Of a DNA stretch of 64,000 bases, positions 27,213-42,004 are shown piece by piece. Numbering within the stretch: the first letter of the stretch is position 1; each line of letters begins with the position of its first letter. This DNA is from Adineta vaga. Its lineage: Eukaryota > Animalia > Rotifera. Under the pieces are notes generated by a model. It saw nothing but the letters and a program-made list of their open reading frames with translations. It did not search any database and was not told where the DNA came from. The translations under genes were made by a program, and so were the position numbers. Location of the stretch: NCBI GenBank assembly GCA_021613535.1, contig CP075495.1, forward strand, positions 13,640,001-13,704,000, in the 5' to 3' direction.

Positions 27213-27827
27213 ATGGATACGTTAGGTGGTATGGATAAAGGTGGATCAGCATCAGCTGTCAGTTCATTCAGTCGTATAGGCATGTATATTCAACATATAC
27301 TTGATCGTGTCACACCATTTGTAGCAATTCGATGGATAACTAATTTCGTCTTATTAATCATTTTTGCTCTTCGTATTTTTTATGTACAAGGATTTTATAT
27401 CATCGCGTATGGTCTTGGAATATTTCTACTCAATCAATTTATTCTTTTCTTAACGCCAAAACAAGATCCATCATTACGTGATATGGACGATGATGATGGT
27501 GATCATGCGCCACGTTTACCAACACGATCAACCGATGAATTTCGACCATTTATGCGTCGTTTACCGGAATTTAAATTTTGGTATACAACATTTAAAGCTA
27601 TAGTTATCAGTTTACTTTTAACCTCATTATCTATCTTTGATATTCCTGTCTTTTGGCCAGTGCTTGTTATTTATTTTTTCACTTTATTTTTCTTGACCAT
27701 GCGGCAACGTATAGCACATATGATTCAATATCGTTATGTTCCATTTTCATATGGAAAAGTGAAATATCCTGGTAAAAATGAAGGACCACCAGGTGGAGCA
27801 CCAGGCATTAAAATATCATCATATTAA
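27213..27827 (+). CDS. RER1: Protein RER1 (ER retrieval receptor), single coding exon
   Basis: GFYIIAYGLGIFLLNQFILFLTPK, EFRPFMRRLPEFKFW, FDIPVFWPVL, TMRQRIAHMIQYRYVPF. Confidence 0.96.
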   Translation: MDTLGGMDKGGSASAVSSFSRIGMYIQHILDRVTPFVAIRWITNFVLLIIFALRIFYVQGFYIIAYGLGIFLLNQFILFLTPKQDPSLRDMDDDDGDHAPRLPTRSTDEFRPFMRRLPEFKFWYTTFKAIVISLLLTSLSIFDIPVFWPVLVIYFFTLFFLTMRQRIAHMIQYRYVPFSYGKVKYPGKNEGPPGGAPGIKISSY

Positions 27828-28147
27828 TCAATGGACAACATTGAAATCATTTTTTATTAGGTTACTTGTCTGTTTTTCCTTATGTTGAAATGAAATCTAT
27901 CCACTTCGATTTTTCTTCTGTGTGTTTGTTTTATTATTATTCTTGTGTTCCTTTTTATTGTTCTTCAGTTATCTACTATGATTATTTTTCGTCTTCTTCT
28001 TTTTTTCTTCTGTTTTCTATATGCTATACTTACAAGAAAAAAGACTAAAACAATTAACAACAAGAACAATATTTTATTTTCGATATTTAAATGTGCTTTA
28101 TTTGTTTGTTTTTCAGAATTTCTCATACTTGATCAGTTGAAAAACTC

Positions 28148-31100
28148 ATGGGAATTCATAATTTAGCAAAATTAATTGCTGATCAAGCACCAGGATCTAT
28201 CAAAGAAGGTGAAATCAAGAATTATTTTGGACGAAAGATTGCAATTGATGCGTAAGTTAATACACAATTTGATTCATTCAATGATCAGTGAATATGATCT
28301 TTATGCGTGTAGATTTCTTCATATTGTATCGTTTGTCTGTGTAGGTTTGTTAGAGAGAAGAAGTAGTAAATCGTTTCCAAATGCTAAGTTCTACCTTTAG
28401 TTTCCTCAAGAGATTCGACTATTTTCCTTTTACTTAAAAGAATTTCTTTCTATTCTATTACGAGCATTCATTGTTAATCTATTAAAACGAAGATTTCAAT
28501 CGATATTATGCTAGTGAGAATAAATCAAAATAGACGAAAGTAAACGATGAATGGAGGGGTTGCCAGATAGTACTCATGCTAAAAAATACTTTAAATGAAC
28601 TTCGTTTATATTCATTTATTTGAAATCTAAATATGTATTTTGAAAATTTTAATTGTCAATAGAAAAATATTTACATTTTGTAGTTCTATGTCAATATATC
28701 AATTTCTGATTGCTGTTCGACAAAATGGCGAAACTCTAACCAATGAAAGTGGTGAAACAACTAGTCATTTAATGGGCATGTTCTATCGAACAATTCGTAT
28801 GATTGAACATGGTATTAAACCAGTGTATGTATTTGATGGTAAACCACCTCAAATGAAATCCAAAGAATTAGAAAAACGTCTTGAACGACGAACAGAAGCT
28901 GAAGCTGAAATGTCCAAAGCTGCCGAAGCTGGTAAGTTCGAATAAGACTGATTTTAGCTAAATATCATTTTTTTTTTATTGTCAATTATTTTGAAAATGA
29001 TTTATTTCTCTTTTTTCATTCGAAATAGGTGATGAAGAAGCATTTGATAAATACGCTCGTCGGACGGTTAAAGTCACTCGTGAACATAATGAAGAGTGTA
29101 AGCGTTTATTAAAGCTAATGGGTGTACCTTATGTCGATGCACCAACTGAAGCTGAAGCACGTGAGTATGATTTTTTTCATCGATTTGATAATTATATTTC
29201 ACATTGTTCAGAATGTGCAGCATTAGTTAAACAAGGCAAAGTGTACGGAGTTGGTACTGAAGATATGGACGTAAATATAACGAAAAGAAAAGAATTTCAT
29301 TTAGTTTATTTATCTTTCTAGGCATTAACATTTGGTACTGATGTACTTATTCGTCATTTAACATTTAGTGAAGCTAGGTTGGTGAAATAACAGACATGAT
29401 AATTTTTCAAACTGATTTCTCGTTTAGAAAAATGCCAATTCGTGAATATACACTTGCAAAAGTTCTTCAAGGTTTAGGCATTAATTTTGAAGAAGTAAGA
29501 TTAATTATGAGTTTTGAATTGAATTCTACTATTTTTCATTTGTTTAGTTTATGGATCTATGTATTTTACTTGGATGTGATTATTGTGATTCAATTAAAGG
29601 TATTGGACAAAAACGTGCACTTGATCTTATCAAACAATATCGTAATATTGAAACTATTCTTAAAAATATTGATAAAAACGTAAAATGAATTCATCTATTT
29701 TTGTCAATATCAAAATTCTTTTCTTGTTCGTTAAAGAAATATGTTGTACCTGATGAATGGGCATTTGAACAAGCACGAGAATTATTTAAAGAACCTGACG
29801 TTCTATCTGGTGATGCAGTTGAGGTTTGTACATTCTTTTCTTGATTTGAATTTATTTTGATGCTTTTAGCTCAAATGGAATGAGCCTGATGAAGAAGGTC
29901 TTATTACCTATATGGTCAAGGAAAAAGGATTCACGTAAGTTGAAGAAAATTTCTCTCAATGAACGAAGTTTAACTTCGAGATTATTTATTTGAATGAAGA
30001 GTAAATGAAAATATCGGAATAATTTACACGAAACATGAAATATTGTATGGATAAAATAGTAGAATTAATGTTCATTTTGAATGGAATTTATGATTTTTTT
30101 TCATGCTTGATAATGACGTGGATTAATTGCATCGAGTACAGCATTCATTTCACCTTGTTTTGAACGGATTAATTCACGTAATCCACCATTGTTATCAACA
30201 AAACCCATGGCTTGCATTTTTTCTAAACAATCATCAATTGCTTTTTCAATTGGATTGACAATTGGGGTTGATTCTTCGACTACTGGTGTTGCTTCGTGAT
30301 TGTCATTATTTATTGTTGGTGTTAAATCGGGATATTTTGGTACAGCGTCATGTTCCCGTTGCGAATCCATATCGTTTGTTGCACTTTGTTGTTGTTCTTC
30401 TTCTTGTTGTGTCGTTGGGGTTTGTTGTTGTTGCTCTTCTTGTTGTTGATTTGTTGCTGAATTTCGTTCATCGACATGATAATCACAATCGATACCAAAA
30501 GGTGATAATGTTTGTTGTAAATATTGTCCAACACTTTCAAGATATTGTTTTGAATTTTGCATATGTGCTTGTGTATTGTTTTTCAACGAATCTAAATGCT
30601 GTTGGATATGAGCTCGAAAATGTGCAGTATTTGATGGATTAGGTAACCATTGAGGAATTTGAGATTGAACCTGTTCCATGAAATTTCGGTTGGGAATAAA
30701 TGGTGGTGGTGGTGGCATATGATGTGGATGTGGATGTGGATGTGGATGTGGATGTGGGTGAGGGTGAGGATGAGGAAAATGACCAGGATAAGGACCATTT
30801 GGACGGCGAAAATTTCCTGGTTTAGTTATTTTAATCATATTATGTTCGGAATGAATACCAGCTGCTGAACAATTTTCGCATAAATCATAATTTGGACAAA
30901 CGAAACATTTGTAACGAAAACCTTCTATGGGACCTTGACAACCGTCACATTGGACACCAACATGGTGTTCTTTATTTCGTGTCTCCTGTTGTTGTTGTTG
31001 TTGTTGTTGACGAGTTGATTGATTGTTCGTAATAAAAACCTTAAGTGAATTTGCATCTTTATTTAAAGCAATCGCTGAACGTAATTCATCATTGGAGCTG

Positions 31101-32100
31101 AATGTAATACGTTCGTTTTCCTCATCAAGATATTGAAGAGTAAAATCATTGTTCGATTGAAATGATGCAATTTTTGTTTGTAATTCTTGGTAAGCATCGT
31201 TTTGTGATGAAATATCGATCTAAAAGAAATAAAATAAAATTGATGAAGACATATTTCTAACAGTAACATACTGCAAATCGACGAATTTCATGTTGTTCGT
31301 GTCCTTGTTTAGTAAAATAAGCTTTAATATAGTATGTGCTAGACATGTTGTTGAATTAGATTACAATTGTAAAATAAGAAAAAAAGTGTAAGTTTGTCGT
31401 TGTTATATATGTTTATCTTAAAGAGAAAAAAAGGGTGAAAAACATAGTATGATTCATAGATATACGAAGGGTTGAGACGAGAAAAGAAAGAAAGAAAGAA
31501 TGATCGAGAGAATAATAGAAAGAAAAACGTCGCAATGACAAACAGAGCGGCGGCAGATCATGCTTACATAATACGTGAATAACATTGTGTGTTTTTTGAT
31601 AATTGTTTTCACCTATTAAAAATAAGATAAAGCTGAATTAGTAATACAAAAGGAAAAACATTTTCCCGGGTGTAAACGAAGTTTTTTTGATGACGTATAA
31701 TCATATGCATGACATTATAATACAGGTGTCGTACAAAGTGATCGGATATAACTTACATATGATAGAAAACCAAAATATTGATTTTTTTATACTCTCTATT
31801 TAGGGAAGACCGTATTCGTAATGGTATTAAGAAATTAACAAAAGCGCGAACAACAACACAACAAGGTCGATTAGATTCGTTTTTTACAATCTCTCATACA
31901 GTATCAGCTTCGACACCAAATTCGAAAAAAGCTGTATGTATATATATTTTAATGAAAAGATTCCTTTATGAGAATTATTTCATCATTTTAAGGAAGCACA
32001 AACTGTCGCTAATAAAGGTCTTAAACGAAAAAATGGTCCTGGTAATGATACCACTCCTAAAAGTAAAGCCGGTGGTGGTGCTAGTAAGAAACCTAAATAA
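28148..32100 (+). CDS. FEN1: Flap endonuclease 1
   Basis: [64 protein letters not shown] box QGRLDSFF and a basic tail. Large intron at 29935-31803. Confidence 0.97.
30101..31346 (-). CDS. SQSTM1: Sequestosome-1/p62/Ref(2)P-like (PB1-ZZ-UBA), nested antisense in a FEN1 intron
   Basis: PB1 (IKAY...EIRRF; [17 protein letters not shown]), ZZ finger ([29 protein letters not shown]), LSPFGID, UBA ([27 protein letters not shown]). One intron. Confidence 0.92.
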
Positions 32101-33398
32101 ATATGTCTTTCAAATCAAAAACTAATCTACAATTGTATTCTTATTTGAAAAATCTCTTCTATTTTTGTTATGATCTATGATTAAATTACATGAGCATTTA
32201 TGTTTGTCAGATCTATTTCTTGATTCTCTATGTATAGATATTATTATTTTTTGTGAATGTTGTCTGTTAAATGTATATTATTTTTTTGGGAAATGCGATA
32301 CAAATAAATCTGATAATGATATTTTCTTCTGATCAAAACATATTCATACATAATTAGAAGGACGACATACATTGATTGTCATATCAGCAGCAGATGTATT
32401 TTCTCATCTATAAACTTATATTGTTCGATCTATTCACGAAAGAGATAAACAGGATGATTACAATTGACATATCTATTCACTATAGTTATATACATATATA
32501 ACCGATAATCATTACGATTGCATAAATATATTGAACATTTTATTGCTGACAGAGTGTCATTACTGTTATATAACCACTAATTTTAAATTACTTGACGTGT
32601 AAAATGTCTTTCCATTCTATCACACATTCATATATGATGATTATCTCGATTGAAAACAATATACCAGTATGTTCATCGATGACAATCATTAAGTTTACAT
32701 CATTCAAGCAATTAAAATATCGGCATAGTTTCGTCTTACTCTCGACTATTGCTGTGTTGTACCAAAGGAGAAGAGCATTATTCAATGGTATCTATCACCT
32801 TTGAATCTGTATTGAGTATAGGCGGATATGCTGTTCAAATTGATCCTCTTTGATTCATTTATTTGAACATGCGATTATGATTTATGGCGCATTGAAAACT
32901 AGCGGCGGATGCGTCAATGTCATATCGAATTGAGTATATTGAAAAGAAAAACAAACGCGTGCCGAACTACATGAAAGATCAGAACAAAAAAATTAGCGAA
33001 GGATGAACATGCTTTAGTTCAAAAAGATACTCACATTAATATGAACATCATGCAAACGATGATGATTCAAAATTAAACAATCACGCATCACATGTCCAGT
33101 CGAATTCATCGTTTAGAAAATGTTTTACAGAGAGAAACGAAAACTTTCTAAATATTCAATCTTAAGAAGTTTAGTTTAAAATAGTTTTGCTTTAAGTTTC
33201 TTCGACATATGTGACGATGAACCATGAGTTAGAAGGCATTCTCTATTATTTATCAGTTTTCGTTAATTCTGGTAGTCTAGACAGAAAACTAAATTCAAAG
33301 ATTTGATGCAACTATTTCAAAAGAGTTCAAATGATAAAGAAGAGAAACAGCTGATTTATTAGGTTGAAAGCAAACAGAAGGAAGCGAAAACGTAGCTC

Positions 33399-33485
33399 AT
33401 TGGCTAAGCCATCTTCTCTTCTCTCTCTCTCTCTTCCTCTTCCTCTTCCTCTTCCTCTCTCTCTGTACGTTCAAGGATATAAATA
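33399..33485 (+). promoter_or_regulatory. Putative Pol II core promoter of the cyclin-like gene
   Basis: Inverted CCAAT (ATTGG, 33399), a CT/CCTCTT microsatellite, and TATAAATA at 33478, ~50 nt upstream of the ATG. Confidence 0.5.
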
Positions 33486-33528
33486 TCGACAGTGAAATAT
33501 AACTCACATCATTCATTCACTAGAAAAC

Positions 33529-34503
33529 ATGAATACATCATCGTCATCTGTCTGTTCTCTTGAAGAATATATCAATGCTGCACCTGATCCACAACTTTCT
33601 GCTTCAGAATCAAAACTTCTTGTTACTCTTCTCAGTGAAGAAGATCAATATCAATACAATCAACTACTTAATATAGTGCTTCCTGACGATATTCAACACC
33701 TTCTTCATCAAGTAAGATCTCTTTTTCTCATCAAAATATTTATCTTTCAATTCCTCTCTTCTAGATTTCATTACTTCTTCATCTTTCATCTTCTGCAATA
33801 TGGATGGCTACTATTCTTTTGAAAAAACTTCTCATTGAAGAACATTCACTCGATCTTCTCATCATTCTTGCTTGTGTAACACTCTCATCCAAATATCAAG
33901 ATTCCTCATCACAACCGATCGATTATGAACTTCTTGCTCATTGTTGTCAGATCGAGAATATTCAACATATTCATGTAAGTCGATATCTATTACATAAAAC
34001 CATATTTGGAAATTCATCTATATCTTAGGATGCTGAAACAGATCTTCTGGAATTGTTCTCATACGACATTACCGCTCTAACTCCTGATCATTTCTTTACT
34101 TATTTATCCAATCTCGACAACGATTGCAAACATTTAGTTGGACAAGTTCAATCTCTTCTTTCACAGATCATTTCACTTCCATATGAAACATCCAGTACGT
34201 AAACTACACACATCTATATTTATTTCGTTTAACATAGTTCTTCTTTTTTTTATTTTATAGAATTTATTCACACGTATCCATGTAGTATCGTAGTACTATC
34301 ACTCATATGTATGAATACAACACATACTTTTGCCATTGAACACATCAAAAGTTTTCTTGCACATAAAAAAGATTCTTCATATTACTTGGTATGTTGATCG
34401 ATATTCATTGCTTTCTTTCATCTATATATATTTATTTTTCACTGATTTCTAGAATCAACTATTACATTGTACAGCACAATTTCACACTGTTTTATCCTCA
34501 TGA
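33529..34503 (+). CDS. Divergent cyclin-fold protein (5 exons)
   Basis: Cyclin-box motifs ACVTLSSKYQD and AETDLLELFSYDITALTPDHF, then YPCSIVV. Short GT-AG introns. Confidence 0.75.
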
Positions 34504-36192
34504 TGACTTCATCAATTGTTATTGTATTAATGTGTTATCCTTAATGCTACCACCGCCACTTATCCAACAGTGATATATGAAGATCGAATTACATATTTGT
34601 TACCGACATGAAGCAACACGTAATCATCTAACTTTTGATCTTGTTTATAAAAAATCTTAGTTATACTTTTTTCTTCTTTTCCTTTTATTATTTTTTTGTC
34701 ATTCATATTTATTTTGTGCAAAATATATAGAATATTAAAAAATGATCTTCTCATGCTGTGCGTCACAGTCAGATAATATGCGTTTTTTTCTCTCACCTGC
34801 TGTGTATTATCCATATCGAAACTAATCAACTAACAATCTCTATTATTGAAAGGAAATCAAGAGAAATGATCATTCAATGATAGACAGATCGATTCACTTA
34901 CCTGAAGGGAATCTTTATTTCATTATCGATGTTTTCAGTCGGAAAAGACAAATATCTTTGACGCAATTTTTTTTCAACTTCAAAAGCTATCCATTTCGAT
35001 ACCGATTACCTTCAGGCAATTGAAAATTAATCATTATATGAATATTTAGATTTGGATCATTGAATATTCGTAAAATGATATCATACTGAAGATGTATACA
35101 CATACAATCGTATGTTTATTCATGCTTACCTACCTACCTAGTGTATACAATTAGTTTGCACAGTATGAATTTTATTTTGAGAAAACAAGTGAATCATAAA
35201 CATAGCTATCATTGAGCACAAGATGACTAATTGAACACTTATGCAAGCAGTTAATAGGAGGGTGTGAGAGGGAGAGATGGGAAAATAACAAGATTGATTC
35301 TCACTTGTTTAAGTCAGAAGCAAAAGTAATTAATCGAAACGGATGACTTTATTAGAAAGCAAAACAATGAGGATATGTAAGACACGTTTGTGTCCTAAAT
35401 TGCAACTCATTGTTAAACATGAATAAGGGTGTAATTTGTGCTATCATCGTCCTCGTTTCCTCATTTGCAAGGCTCATCGATCGACTATCATTATTCAGTT
35501 AGGTCGCCTGTTGTTCGTATGAATGAGAAAAAAAACATGTCAGAAACATCTTCATCGAATGAAAATCGTTATCTGATTTAGACAAAAATCAATATTTTGA
35601 TTCACGTGACATGATCGAACGAACGAGAATGTAGATATTCATTATAGGTCGTCATTGTTTAACAAAAGGAAACACGCTGCTTGTGGTCATTCACACTACA
35701 AAATATTATGATCAAAAAAGAATCTACTATCAAAAGAACAATCATTGTCACACTTTTTCATGCTGACCATCTGTCAAATTGACGAAGACATTGTTCTATT
35801 TGAAATATAGATGCCATAGTATACATGAGATAGTTCAAAGTAGAAGAATGAATTGTAAAAGAAAAGATAGATCGGCATGTTTGTCTGCTCAGAAACGTGT
35901 ATATACACTAATCGTTTATGGTCTATTGCTTGAGACATTCGAATTTCATTATCGAAGTGATTACAATTCATTCTGTTTCTCAAGAATATCGTTCTGGAAT
36001 TGATAATTATTATAGATGAATGTAATCGTATATCAATTTGTTTTAAAAGAAACAATTTTAGTCAAGATAATTTATTCTAAAATAGGATATAGAAAGGACT
36101 ATAATAAGGAAAATAGAATCACTACAAATAGAAGAGAGAAGAAAAAAAAAATCTTTTGCTTGGCTTTTGTGATTTAATTGACATAAAAAGAT

Positions 36193-36818
36193 TTAGGCGC
36201 GAACAACATCATAGACAGTTTTGATGGCGCAGCCCAACATAACAAACATTCCAATATGATCGAAACTACCATATCGACGTTTTTCTGGTTCACCAGTTGA
36301 ATAACCCTGTAAAAAGATAGAAGAACTTGGAGAAAGATATACAAAACTATCGATAATCATACATGAAAATAGAGTAAACGGCCAACAATCCAAATGGCAC
36401 CACCAATTGATGAAATAAGTGGATATTCAATTGAACCTAAACCTAACATCAGAAGAAATTGAGGATAATTCTCCAATGTATTTTGATGTCCACGTTGAAC
36501 GCCTAAAGATTCGTATTCAGTCAGAAAAAAAGAACGATTAAATTCAAATATGAAACTTACAATTGAACATTTTGCCTTGAGGATGTGTATCACTAGCATA
36601 GAGTGCTGGATAATCAACACCATATCTAAATAAACAAAAATTTTAATCCCTAGATATGATAATACTTCGTTTCAATTTTACCGTTTACGTGCTTTCATTA
36701 CATTGACTCCCATATATTGTAATGCAACCCATGATGTTAAAGCTACACCAGCTGCATAACCATGTTCTCGTGAAAGAACAAAAGTAAACAATTTTGGAGC
36801 ACTAAAGTTTGTATTCAT
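36193..36818 (-). CDS. MGST3: Microsomal glutathione S-transferase 3 (MAPEG)
   Basis: VMKARKRYGVDYPALYA, FNCVQRGHQNTLENYP, GRLLYFHGYSTGEPEKRRYG. Confidence 0.93.
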
Positions 36819-37278
36819 TTTTAATGAATTTCACCGGTAGTTAATGGGAGAATGAATTTGAAAATCTAGAATTTTACAATATGAAGAACACTGAATTTGT
36901 AAAAACATATTCTTTCTTTTATTTCTCTTTTCCATCGGATCGATTAAAGTAAAATAAAATAACGTGGGTAGAGAGACATCAACACGAGAGAAAAATACTG
37001 CTAACTTGCGGATTCGATTGCACAAATAAACCACATATTCTAAACAATATCAAACAGAGAAACAACATCGAGAGGTACGAGAGATGGAGCTAAAAGTCAT
37101 ACGAAAAAGAAAACGACTGTTTGATAATGTCCAGACCATTTGGAAAGATTATACGATAAGAGAACGAAAAGTTGAGTAGAGATATTTATTTTTATTTATA
37201 TAGAACATGAAATAAACCGAGATGGTGAAAAGTAAGATTCTATCGAATAAAATATATATGGAATGAGAGAAGTTGAAT

Positions 37279-37624
37279 TTAAAGATCTTGACCCCAAAGT
37301 TCACGTAATGCTCGTGCATCGTGACTTTTTATTTGTGGACCAAATAATGGTCGATATTGATGAAGATAGAAACATAACCAACTAAAAGAAAAACAATAAA
37401 TAAATAAATCGAGATTTATTTTTCAACATACAAGAGCCAACAGCAAGCTGATGTTAACATCAACATTGTTTGAATGAGACTAAAATATAAGATAAATACA
37501 ACCATCAACTATAGTCAATCTATTACCGTCGATGCGGTCCTTTAGGAATAAGAAATGGTAGGACTACACCAATTAAACCCCAAAATAATGTAAAGATAAT
37601 AATTGAAATAGCAAATTTTTCCAT
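37279..37624 (-). CDS. ATP6V0E: V-type ATPase subunit e (V0 sector)
   Basis: Not in the ORF track. Three small exons give MEKFAISIIIFTLFWGLIGVVLPFLIPKGPHR..IQTMLMLTSACCWLFWLCFYLHQYRPLFGPQI. Confidence 0.92.
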
Positions 37625-38089
37625 TTTGTTCTTTGTTTTTTAATTGAAAATGAATCTAAAAAACAGATGATCGTGTTTTTTCTGATTATTAAAATACAAA
37701 CTTATAAATCAATCAAATCCAATATGAAGTTAACAAAAGAAAGAACATTGCACAACGTTTAAGACAATTGGAAACAAATTTCTCGACAATTGTATCAATT
37801 CAATGTCTAGGAATGATAATGACTCGTACAAAAAATAGAATAGCACTTGTATATCGAAATAAGTCACACAGAAATAGATGAAGATACAAATTGACTATAG
37901 AAAAGTTTCATATATCTTCTGTTATGTTTTTCACAATGATAAAATAGAAGCTAGAGATAGATCTCGAATTTATATATATATGAATAAGAGAAAGAAAACA
38001 AACGTTTTGAATAAATACAAGAAATCAACGAGATAATTTATTAAATATTCTCAATAGATATGTCAACAATTGAAATAATTATATATAGA

Positions 38090-41159
<3,070 letters not shown>

Positions 41160-42004
41160 TGTATCTGAAACGAGAATTCTTTTTTCCAAATGTTACAAAA
41201 AATGTTTTATTAATCGGAAAGAATAGAGCAATATGAGAGACAAACATGCCAACATCATTTCTATGCAAATGCGAACTTCCCTGAGTAATGAAAGATAAAA
41301 ATGGACTACTAAATATTTATACATCTATTCTTTCATTTCCGTTGACAATGGAACAGAAAACCTAGATAATTGATCGATGTCATATCCTTCAATGCATTCT
41401 AATCTGTACTAGAAATAAGAAATACGAAAATTCAATCGATCAATTAACCTATCTCGCTTTCTACATTATCAAACTTGTCTAACCATTATTTGAATATTGT
41501 TTTGAATGATCATGATGCGATGTTGTCGATGCTGTACGCGATTGAGATTCGGGAATCATATCATACGATGGTGCAGATTTGTCACGTAGCCAAGAAAACA
41601 TTTTTACAATAATTTTTACAAAGATGAGAATACAGTACATAAACAATGAAGCCACGTATATATATATAAAATTTGTCCTCTATCCACGTCAAACTCGGAT
41701 GACTCATTCGAAAACACATAAACAACAATTCAACTGATTGACTATGAGTCATCTACACTCTACTTCACTATAACCAAACCAAAGGATATATTCTCATGCG
41801 AATGGGAGAGGAGATGACTTATTCGACGAAATAAAGAAACAAAAGAGAATTAGTTGAAGTTTCTTATAATTTGTTTTTTCAATCGGTAATAACAATTAAC
41901 CTAAAACAAAGGCGTCTCTTTTTGAGTCAAAACAAATACAGATCTTTAAGAAAGAAAAAAAAAGAAGAAGAATGTTTTAAATAAAATAAAAAGATAACAA
42001 TCAA

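Noticed and set aside
30262-30868. Plus-strand ORFs such as [13 protein letters not shown]
   Set aside because: Antisense read-out of the p62 Pro/His repeat.
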